Of a stretch of 64,000 nt of DNA, positions 39,300 to 50,398 are shown in pieces (position 1 is the stretch's first letter; each line of letters begins with the position of its first letter). The translations under genes and the position numbers were made by a program. This DNA comes from Mytilus californianus (lineage: Eukaryota), in NCBI RefSeq assembly GCF_021869535.1, contig NW_026262743.1, positions 1-64,000 on the forward strand, read 5' to 3'. The notes beneath the pieces were generated by a model, which was not told the origin of the DNA, ran no database searches, and saw nothing but the letters and a program-made list of their open reading frames with translations.

Positions 39300-42200
39300 T
39301 TAAGATACTAGGTTTATAATTAGGTATGCCAGATGCTCGTTTTGATTTAAAAAAACTCATTAGTGGCGCTGTAATTAAGTGCAGTATGTGGGTTTTTTAA
39401 TGTTGAAAAAAAATACACAAACTTTTAGAAAAAATAGTTCATAGAATAATATGTGCATATATAAAAATTTAAACAAAAAGGGTATGGAAAAATAGAAGTG
39501 TTTAAGAAATTCAACTGTAAGACAAAAAACATATACATTACAAATAAATTGAACAATCGAGTTTCCACTGACAATTCATATCTTTACAGGATTGTTCAGT
39601 TGAACCAAAATAAGTGTCACTCACATACAACTATAGATTGTGTGTGGAAACAAAATTGTATATACGACAGTGACCAACCTGATTGTGTCGATTGCATTTA
39701 GCTGAAGGTCTTCGTAAAATCACCTGTCAAACCCTTACAATTCTATGATTTATCGCATTTGTAAAGAAAAAAAAAGTTGATATGTTTATCAAAACTGATG
39801 ATCTTAAACTACACAAATGAGGTCAGTTGAAAATATTTTTATTAATTTTATATTAGGTAGATTACTGTACACCGCCATCTTGTATTATAAAATAGCAGTA
39901 CACACTCGATCTAGTTCATGTAGTCCTTTGATTAAATCTGCAAATTTCGAGACAGATTGGCAATAAGTGTGTTGAAAATTCGAAATGAAATCATATGTAT
40001 TAACTTTAAAGCATAAAGAAGGATGTTGAAAATCTATGTATTCATGATAAGCAATTTTACAACTACATTAACAACTTGTACAACAAATGAAAATAACATT
40101 TTATCCTTTTGGATTGTGCATTCCTCATGAACGCTCAAAACTTAAAAAATGTAAAAACTAAGGAGGTGTAAGCCTAAAAAGGTAATAATGTATATGAGCA
40201 ATAGGGACCTACAACAAATAGTCGAATTCGTCTAAGGTCAATGTGTCCTGGCAGAATTACCAATAGAGTATCAGCTATCTTCTCATTAAAAGCGTGTCCT
40301 TACCTGTTCGGTCAAAATCAGTGAGCAAATCTCTGCTATAACAACAAATTATTCTATGTTACAAATAAAGCTTGAAGTAAAATACACAAAACTGTGTTTA
40401 ATTAGAACCAATTGAATAGGATAATATGAATATTTATTAGAAATTGAAAAAAAACAGGGATATGGGAAAATAAAAGTCATTAAATTAATATACAGTTGGA
40501 CACAAAATCTATACAATACAAAAAAATTCAACAATATAATATGCTTTGCATAGAAGATTCTTTACAACATAGATGACCATGATTAGCTTAGCGTAAGTCT
40601 CCCTCGCATCGTTTACATGAAAAGTTAGGTCTTCGACAACACTGTTTCGTTTGTTATTTCATTTGTAGATCAAGGACACAAAAATTATAGACATTTATAT
40701 CATCACTGATGATATAAAAGTACAAAAATGAGGTTAGTTGAATTCATTTTTTATCAATTTTCTTTAGGTACTATTTGTTTGATTAAAAAAAAATAATAGA
40801 GTCTGATAAGAACTGCTATACTTGGTGATCAAATATGGGGTTAAATATTCCAATGTTTTTTTTTTTAAACTAATCAAGGATACTAGTCTTATAACTTGGT
40901 AAACCAGACGCAAGACTCATCTGTGGCAGGCCAATTACATAAGTTGGTAACCCAGTTTATATGGAGATAAAGATTAACAAAATTGTTCTAAATACGAATA
41001 ACTGTGGATAAAAAAAGACTTGTAGTGTTCTGAATAATTTAATATTTTATAAAACGTAAATCTACAGAAAATAAATGTCTCAATGATATAATTCTTGTCA
41101 ACATACAAGTTTTGACTACTTGTCTTGTGATGCAATCGGGGATGATTTGTCCAGCAGCAGTGGTATAAATCTGTTATAAAATTTGCATTAGCCGTTTATT
41201 AACAAATTACGCCAATGCTATGGTTAGATAATGTTATAATACTAGGTAGGCGTCTACAAGATTTAACTTACAAATATAGGTGTTTGTACAACTCATCTTT
41301 TAAACAAAGAAATGTGAACATTTTTAAAGATACTAGTTATCTAAAACTTCAAAATCAAGTCAGTTCAATTTTTGTGATTAAATTTTGAAAAGCTGTTACA
41401 ATAATGCACTCGATGCGCATTTCGACAATAAAATATGAAAAAAATGAAGTAATGCTCGGGGTGAAAATATTTGAAAATCAATGCGTTATAAAATTTGGAG
41501 CGATATGTTTATATTACGAATATTAAGCATACTAAATTTCAAAGTAAAGTTAAAAAATATCCCACAAAACTCTGTTTATACATGATTAATTTCAGGATGT
41601 TCGCTACTCTTGTTTTTGACCTTTTGTCAGATAGTAGAAATCCTCCTGATTTACCCAGTGCTAACAAAATTTGCTAACTAACCCCTACTTTTCTTTTCAT
41701 AATTTTATTAAATTTTGTTTTAAAAACCATTTTTGAAAATCTTATTAAATTCTTGTTATTTTCTCATAGCTTTTGAATGAAAAGGTGCTAATGTTAAATG
41801 TAGGCAAATTCAAGAGAGAAACATTTCCTGCCAAATTCTTATCTCGATTATCGAAGAATACATTTTGAAAGCAAAGACGAGAAACTTTCATTTTATCTGC
41901 TTTTCAAGTTCCGTAATTTATCAAATTTACTATCAATTGAAACCAGTCTTATAAACACCTTGTTATTTTGAAACAGCGAACATGTGCATATATCAAAGTT
42001 AAAACAAAACAGATATGGATAGAAGTGTTCAAGATATTGTACTATACAGTTTGATCACATTCCTATACAATGCAAACAAATTCAACAATCAAGTATCCAC
42101 TGTCAATTTATATCTTGTACATGTTAAAGGAGTCCCTTACCTGTGCACTTAAATCAAATTAGTGATACATACATAAGATTATCAGCAGTTAAACAATAAC

Positions 42201-42720
42201 GCTTTATGTTTTATCTTAAACTACAAAAATGAGGTTAGTTGAAATTATCTTTTGATTACTTTATGTATATCTAAACAAATTTTGTATAAGAAAGAAGATA
42301 AAATTAATTGCAGAAGTCAAAGTAAAACTCGTAAGTCCAATATTGATTCGATTACAAGTTTTATTAAAATTCATCAAAGATACCAGGTTAAATAATGTGG
42401 TACGCCTGCGCGTTTCGTCTATAAAATTATCGTCAGCGGCGCTAGATTTAAACTAGAATACGAAATTGAAGAGCATTTCAAAGCGAAAATTCCTAAAAGT
42501 TGTTCCAAGTACAGTAAAGGCTATCTATACATTGGGTAGAATAAAAATCTGTTAGTAATTCAACATTTAATAAATAGTCAACTAACAGAAAAGTAAAAAT
42601 GTCAAAGATATTTCATGTCAACAACAAAAAATACTACTAGGCTGGTGATAACCGCAGGGGTTTAACGTCAACAAGGAGTGGGATCGACACTGTGTGGATA
42701 AATCTGTTATAGAATTTGGA
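39300..42720 (-). repeat. Old, highly diverged repeat region with several inactivated hammerhead/retrozyme remnants
   Basis: Hammerhead-like remnants at ~39325-39370, ~40879-40928, ~41406-41430 and 42401-42442. Recurring blocks ATGAGGT(C/T)AGTTGAA at ~39818, 40727, 42229, and GGCTGGTGATA..GGGG-like blocks at ~41120 and ~42640. Confidence 0.6.
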
Positions 42721-43085
42721 GCAATGTATTTCCATCAGCTTCTTATTGTAAGTTACAGTATACTATGGTCAAGTTTTGCTTTGCGACTGGGTTGTCGGTT
42801 CAAATTTATTAATTATGCTTTACCATTGAGTATCGTCTGTTTTTAATGAACAGTGTACCTTAGGGGTATAAAGAGAGATATAAAGAGATCAAGACTGCAG
42901 TACAATTGTGTAATGTATTGTTATGTATCGTCGTGCGAATCTTATGGTATTATATGTTCACCTTTAATATGTATATGTATATATATATATATATATATAG
43001 AAGTCTATAAAAAGGACCAACCAGCAAATTTACTATGTACCGGATCGTCTAGAATAGACGATACTGTGCAGATAAGGAAAAAAAT

Positions 43086-43291
43086 TATATAAGTCTAGAG
43101 ATTTGCACAACGATACTAATATAAGATGGTATTATACGAAGATGTTGTTAATAAATCGTGTTGACAATGTTAAAATAATTGACACCGAAGAAGGCTATTT
43201 GTTAAGCCGAAATATTTGTCAACACGATTTATTAACAACATCTTCGTATAATACCATCTTATATTAGTATCGTTGTGCAAATCTCTAGACT

Positions 43292-43297
<6 letters not shown>
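43086..43297. mobile_element. Perfect palindrome/MITE: 82-bp arms, 48-nt spacer, TA-flanked
   Basis: 43086-43167 is the exact reverse complement of 43216-43297 (TATATAAGTCTAGAGATTTGCACAACG...GTTGACAA). Confidence 0.92.
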
Positions 43298-43323
<26 letters not shown>

Positions 43324-43658
43324 CCCCTCTACCCTCTATGATTGCATTGGATAAAAACCGCAATTTGTATACGTGTGCATGCAAAACAAATTTCTTGTTA
43401 GAGGGGTCTAAATACAGCACAAACAACATTTTCCAAAAGACCAAAAAAGTGAAAAGGTATATTTTAACAAAACGCATTTGACTAACATGTCGAACAACAA
43501 ATGTTCTTAAATCCTGTTGACTGCCATTGGCGATTGCCAAATAAACGGATCACAAGGTGTAATAAATGATCTTAACTATCAATTTAATACCAATAAGAAA
43601 ACAATAAACTTGCGGCGAAGATGGTATACCGCAAACAAAGGTGCAAAGATTTTTTGTT

Positions 43659-43700
43659 ACCATATCCGGATTTCGACAATTAATGTCTCTTCAGTGATGT
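43659..43700 (-). ncRNA. Type I hammerhead ribozyme, unit 1 (core intact, stem I shortened)
   Basis: Minus strand: ACAUCA CUGAAGA GACA UUAAU UGUC GAAA U CCGG A UA / UGGUAAC. Predicted cut between 43663 and 43662. Confidence 0.8.
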
Positions 43701-44713
43701 TAGGAATCGAAACGGTTATTGGAAGGCCACATAATTTACCTCAATTTAGGATAGACTCTTGAATTTTGAGGAGTCAAAATATGATGAACGGATCATATAA
43801 ACCCGAAGGCGAATATAATACAAGCTCAAACGAAAAAATATAAACAAGTCTAAATTAAACAACGTTCAAACCTATGATTGCGTTGGATAAAAACCGCAAT
43901 TTTTATACGTGTGCATGCAAAACAAATTTCTTGTTACAGGGGTCTAAATACAGCACAAACAACATTTCCAAAAGACCAAAAAAGTGAAAAAGTATAGTTT
44001 AACGAAACGCATTTGACTTACAGGTCGAACAACAAATGTTCTTAAATCCTGCTGACTGCCATTGGCGATTGCCAAATAAACGGATCACAAGGTGTAATAA
44101 ATGGATCTTAACTATAAATTTAATACCAAAAAGAAAACAATAAACTTGCGTCGAAGATGGTATACCGCAAACAAAGGTGCAAAGATTTGTTGTACACCAT
44201 ATCGGGATTCAATGATGTTAGGAATCGAAACGGTTATTGGAAGGCCACTTAATTTACCTCAATTCAGGATAGACTCTTGAATTTTGAGGAGTTAAAATAG
44301 GATGAACGGATCATATAAACCCGAAGGCAAATATAATACAATCCCAAACGAAAAAATATAAACAAGTCTAAATTGAAAACAACGTTCAAACCTATGATTG
44401 CGTTGGATAAAAACCACAATTTTTATACGTGTGCATGCAAAACAAATTTCTTGTTAGAGGGGTCTAAATACAGCACAAACAACATTTCCAAAAGACCGAA
44501 AAAGTGAAAAAGTATATTTTAACAAAACGCATTTGACTAACAGGTCGAACATCAAATGTTCTTAAATCCTGCTGACTGCTATTGGCGATTGCCAAATAAA
44601 TGGATCACAAGGTGTAATAAATGGATCTTAATTACAAATTTAATACCAAAAAGAAAACAATAAACTTGCGGCGAAGATGGTATACCGCAAACAAAGGTGC
44701 AAAGATTTTTTGT

Positions 44714-44757
44714 ACACCATATCTCGATTTCGACAATTAATGTCTCTTCAGTGATGT
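44714..44757 (-). ncRNA. Type I hammerhead ribozyme, unit 3 (non-palindromic loop III variant)
   Basis: Minus strand: ACAUCA CUGAAGA GACA UUAAU UGUC GAAA U CGAG A UA / UGGUGU. Predicted cut between 44720 and 44719. Confidence 0.85.
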
Positions 44758-45159
44758 TAGGAATCGAAACGGTTATTGGAAGGCCACATAATTTACCTCA
44801 ATATAGAATAGACTCTTGAATTTTGAGGAGTCAAAATAGGATGAACGGATCATATAAACCCGAAGGCAAATATAATACAAGCCCAATAGAAAAAATTTAA
44901 ACAAGTCTAAATTGAAAACAACGTTCAAAGCTATGATTGCGTTGGATAAAAACCGCAATTTTTTATACGTGTGCATGCAAAACTATTTTTTTGTTAGAGA
45001 GGTCTAAATACAGCACAAACAACATTTTCCAAAAGACCAAAAAAGTGAAAAAGTATATTTTAACAAAACGCATTTGACTAACAGGTCGAACAACAAATGT
45101 TCTTAAATCCTGCTGACTGCCATTGGCGATTGCCAAATAAAGGTGCAAAGATTTTTTGT

Positions 45160-45203
45160 ACACCATATCCGGATTTCGACAATTAATGTCTCTTCAGTGA
45201 TGT
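45160..45203 (-). ncRNA. Type I hammerhead ribozyme, unit 4 (fully intact)
   Basis: Minus strand: ACAUCA CUGAAGA GACA UUAAU UGUC GAAA U CCGG A UA / UGGUGU. All core nucleotides present; stem I is 6 bp with one G-U. Predicted cut between 45166 and 45165. Confidence 0.9.
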
Positions 45204-45253
45204 TAGGAATCTAAACGGTTATTGGAAGGCCACATAATTTACCTCAATTTAGG

Positions 45254-45280
<27 letters not shown>
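45254..45280. repeat. (TA)n microsatellite (others at ~42975-42999 and ~43292-43317)
   Basis: Direct inspection. Confidence 0.95.
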
Positions 45281-45285
<5 letters not shown>

Positions 45286-48200
45286 ACTGAATAATAGACA
45301 ACGATATATCTTACGGGGCTATGGATCATAAAATTATGATACAGCACACTACAAAATATAATATATAACAAGTCTAAAAGGGTACAACATCACCAAAAAA
45401 TAATAAAATCATGAACAAATTTTAGATATTTCGGATATCTAATATCCTTTATCAGTAGATTTAAAATGAATCTATCTTGACATGTGGTAGTCAAACTGAA
45501 ATAAAAATCGTGAACGCTATACAAATAATCAATTACCAATACGCTGGAATTTTTTTTTCAATATTGATGTTTGGGAGGAGGAATAAATTTCTTAAAACTG
45601 TAAAAGTCCAAAACGGAAGCCTGAGTTACTGGAAACAAGTGATGGTAGGGAAAATGAATGACACATTCTATCTATGACTCTTACAGTTTTAAGAAATTTA
45701 CAAGGCATATTGACTGGTCTAGTTAACTTAGGACAAGTTTATATCACTCGGGTCGTCCCAGGACACAAGTCTAGCTAATATAAAAAATAGTCTTGATCCT
45801 AAGACTGTTTTTATGACTTCCGAATAAGATATCTTTTGAACAGGTTCTCTTTTGAAATAAATAAGGGGAAAGTTAATTTGGAAAGAAGTTAACTTTGAAA
45901 TAAGTCTTTCACACTTTATTAGTGTTTTAATGACCTAACCGATTGATGCAGACCCGTTAATTAGTTAACTTTTGGTCTTGTCTAATCCATTTTTAGTATC
46001 TCAGTGTATATAGATAGACTTCCATTCTCAATTTTATTTTGCGAACTAGAAATTGAAGTATGTGTCTATCAAGGCATACCATATCCACTAGCAGTCTTTG
46101 TGTTTATCTTTGTATATTTAGTTACTTTTTTAGGTTATATCATTGCAACAGCGAACAATCTGAATAGCTTAGTGAAATTTCAATATAGCAGATTAAACTT
46201 TAAAAATGTAGGTGTTCGTGTACATCAGCTGTTAAACAAGGATATACAATGTGTTGACATTTAAAGACAAACTGGTAATCGAAAACAACAAAAATCACTT
46301 TAGTTTTGAAAACTCTTTTAAATACATTAAAAAGATATAACATTCAGAGTGATATATATTTATACACATCAATGATTGTAACATTGTGAAAAAAATAGAT
46401 GTGTTTGTGTAATAATACAAGTAAATGTACATTAAAGATCTAAAAAGTTACCTAATTATGACAAAAATGGGCTTTTTTCAGATTTCTTGTTTGGCTATTA
46501 TTTGTGTGTGTATTACATACAGAGAACGTTGCGTTATTGAGGAATACACAGAGTAATCAAAGTAAACATAGTAAGTAACGAATTTGTGCAATTTATATCA
46601 AAAACAGGTTTGAATACTTGACTGAAAAAAAATAAACTGGTTCTTCTCAAACCACAATAAAACATAATGGTAAAATGATGATAAAATGTCTCGATGATGA
46701 CGTTGTATGATAAGTTTTTTGTCGTTTTGGTTTGTATTGTGTACAATAGAAAGTGTCTAATTTGGTGAAATTTATTCCAGATTGTTCCTCTACAGAACTG
46801 ATTTTAGTAACTTATGAATAACTTATAGAAATTGTTCAACTATTCGACTTGTTCCAAAGAGGAATTCTATTTTTTTATGTTCCAAATGCATTTAAATATC
46901 TTGCATAATTACAGTCAGCAAGTATTTTTAATCTGTGTGCCCAATTGAAATCCAATTCCGGGAGAATCTTATATTTCTACTAAGTGAATCAGTTTCCCCC
47001 TGTATAATTCAGTATCCTTTATCCCAAAGAAATCAATCTGGTCGTTTCCGAGTGTAATCAAAACAATCCCTGTAGAAAACAAAATTGAGTGTGCTGAAAT
47101 GGACCAGCTATGTGTTACTTTTTACCTCTTTGTTACACAGGGAACATCTCATCGTTTGTTTTTTTTTTTTTTTGCCCTATACGGAACCAATTTGAAACTA
47201 CGACTTTATATTAAAAATAATAAGAAGATGTGGAATGAGTGTCATAAAACAATTCTCCATCCAAGTCACAATTTATAAAAAGTTATCAATTATAGGTCAA
47301 AGCACGGCTTTCAACACCGAGCCTTGGCTCACACCGACCAGGAAGCTAAAAAGAGTCCCAAAATGACTAGTGTAAAACAATTCAAACAGGAAAACCAACA
47401 ATCTAATCTATATAAAAACGAGAAACACCTATAAGCCACACCAACAAACGACAACCACTGAACAATAGACTCCTGACTTACGACACGTGCATACAAATGC
47501 AGTGGGTTTAAACGTTCCAACAGGTGCAAACTTTCAACCGAACCTGAGACAGTAGTGTAATATTGCAACATAAAAAGACACACTAGAGAATATCAATTGA
47601 AATGGCTTTAACTCGATCAAAAAGACATTTAAACAAAATCAAGTAAACATACAACGAACGAATAGGTTTGATCTATGACACAATATAAATATAATATTAA
47701 AACGTAGGTACCTATTTAATATAGATGTTACAGGTAGTAATAAAAAAGATGTAAAAAGAGTGTCAATAAGACAACTTTTACCTGGGACGAAATGGCGTTA
47801 AAAAAAACAACGTTCTACACGGTTTAATTTTAATATAATAATTTTGTTGTTAGGAGTACGGAAGTAAACACTTTTTACAACATTAATAAATTTGATGTTC
47901 AGAGTACGAGTACAACTTTTTGCTCGACCAAATTCATAACGATAATTAAGTTTAAAGTCCAAACGACAACCGATCATTTGGCCATTAAAAAATATGCAGG
48001 GACTATATACCCTTGCTCCCGCGTATAAGGTATTTTTAAATTCATGGAAGACCCCAGGCTTATAATTTGATACGCCAGTGGCGGGTTTTGTTCATATAAG
48101 ACTAACCCCATATTAGGTATATAGAATATATGAGTAAATTGAACTACAACTTTTCCCCTTGTTCTTAACTAAGAAATATGGAGTTGTGAGATGATATTCA

Positions 48201-49021
48201 TTAAAAACAAAGAAAACTAAGATGTGAACAAGGTCAGGGCATCGCAAACATCAGCCTAACCCATTCAATATATTTAGCAAATGAAACTAACTCTTTCAAT
48301 ATTTGGTGCGTCCAAATCGCATTTCCGGCTTCACTTTCACTATAACGGCTCACATACGTCAATTTTAAAAGCAAGAATATATGAATACTTGACGAGCTAT
48401 CGGACCAATGATGCCCTAAAATAAATAACCAAACTCATCTACGGTGTGAGAGAGTTGGGTTGGAACCTTGTTTTAAATAATGACTTTATTCATTAACGAA
48501 TCTTTTTTTAGAAATGGTGTTCAAAAGCTTTGATCACCCTGAGGGTCGCACACAGTCGGTTATAAATCATAATAGTGACGATCGAATGCTTGTTTTGCTA
48601 ATGATACCCGCATAGACTTACATTTCACAAACAGTGGATTCCCGTTTGAAATCAATATTTTTGTTCCCTTAAGAATCAAATATATTTTTTACGTAATAAA
48701 AAAAAAACCAAAGTTTTCATTTGGACTTATACCATTGTCTCTTGAGTCCAATATTTTCGTTCCAAAGTTTATTCAACAAATTCAAGTCACATAGAAACTC
48801 AAACTATAGGTCCCCAGAATAATCAAAAAATAATTCGTGTGCTCATTTGAACTTTATATATAAATGTCCCTGCAACCAACATTTTCGTTCATGAGAAATT
48901 CAATAGCGTTATGCTATAAAAGGAATCCTATGTATGGGTGCCCATGTGAATTGTCGCACTGAGCACACAGATTTGTAATACCTCACGCTCAAAGAATTTA
49001 TCTGTGGTCCCCAAGGAACTT

Positions 49022-49312
49022 AGGTAAATGATTCCACTCGACAACAGAGATATTCGGTTGATTGAGAAATTGAAGTTGAGCTCCATTGAACAAGATTTTG
49101 AAGTATTCGGTGGAACAATTGTTTTGAGATATTCTTGGGACATAATATACTTTGGGAATGGATATCATTCCCCTTGACGAAACGATATATGGCAAAACTT
49201 GGCCATCACATTTAATGATTTCCCAAGGAAAAATGTCTTGGATGTGCATCGAGCTCTTAATCAAGGATTTATAGGATTTCACAAGGTTAGGACGGATTTT
49301 AATTCCCATAGG
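49022..49312 (-). repeat. ~290-bp segment with an inverted second copy at 52476-52748
   Basis: The reverse complement of 49022-49310 aligns with 52476-52748 (TATGGGAATT..AAATCCGTCCTAACC...GAGTGGAATCATTT). About a dozen substitutions and one ~10-nt deletion. Confidence 0.9.
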
Positions 49313-50299
49313 GCAAACATATATTTAAAAAAACGGAGTATTTGATTTTCCTCTAAATTTAACTTTCATTGCGCACAAAGATTAAAAATACATCTGCACA
49401 AACAATAATAAATTAAGGAACACATGCATTAAATTTCTAAAGATGAACACTGTATTTGAATCCGGTGAGCATACACATACTTGATTCTCTAGGTAACACA
49501 TTTGTAAAATTCCCAAAATATTAGAGGATTACGGATCCTCCAGGAACAATAAATTGGATTCCTTTTAAAAAAATTGTAGTTGAGTTCGATTTGATAAAAT
49601 GATTTTAATTATTTCATCTACGTTATCAATGTTTTTGGTTCCCCTTATTAGTATACTCTTATCATTTAAGGATTGATTTGTTGTTTGTGAAATTCGTGAA
49701 AGCGAAATATTCCGTTATCACGACTTATAAAATCACGAATTTTGAAATCACGCTTTACAAAAAAACAGTGATAACCAAATCAACAAAATCATCATGAGTT
49801 ATACAATTTGTTATAACAACTTAAAACGTAATCACGAATTACAAAAATATGTGATAACGAATTTAATAAGTAATCACGAATATTACAAAAGAAAACTGTG
49901 ATAACAAATTACGCACATTCGTGATAAGGAATTAAATCTGAAATAACGAATTATACAAGTCGTTTTCACATTTCAATCCGCTATCACGAATAACAAAACA
50001 TTGTGATAACGACTTTAATCCATCATTATGAAATACAAAAACTTTTATTACTTATTCCATAAGTTAATGATAACGAATTTAAATTGTGATAACGAATTCT
50101 ACAATTCATGATAACGATTTTGATTAATGAAAACTTTGTCTATAACATTTTATGATACGTCAAGTCGTAAATTTTTGTTTTGTCAAATGTAACTCGAATC
50201 GCTTAACTCGGTTTTTAATCGAACCGGTCCATTTTTAAATTCAAATCGGTTGTTTATGACACCTTGATCAGTGTATATGTTGTGTACAAGTTATCATTT

Positions 50300-50398
50300 T
50301 GTACAAATTTTAATTTGTATTTTGACTTTGTACAAATTATAATTTGTATTTTGACTTTGAACAAATTATAATTTGTATTTTGACTTTGTACAAATTTT
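50300..50398. repeat. 29-bp minisatellite, about 3.4 copies
   Basis: AATTTGTATTTTGACTTTGTACAAATTAT at 50312, 50341 and 50370. Confidence 0.9.

Larger units (their letters stand above)
43336..45254 (-). mobile_element. Tandem array of hammerhead-containing monomers (non-LTR retrozyme-like), about 3.6 units of 520-540 bp
   Basis: Units start (CTATGATTGC) at 43336, 43872, 44392 and 44931. Each carries a Type I hammerhead, or its deletion remnant, on the minus strand. No ORF of note. (TA)n on both sides. Confidence 0.9.

Noticed and set aside
40706-40745. Plus-strand CTGATGA hits (also 13674, 39795, 56994) as hammerheads, which would make the repeats ambisense
   Set aside because: No stem II closed before a GAAA and no stem III or cleavage triplet. 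I found no plus-strand ribozyme in the 539-bp unit.
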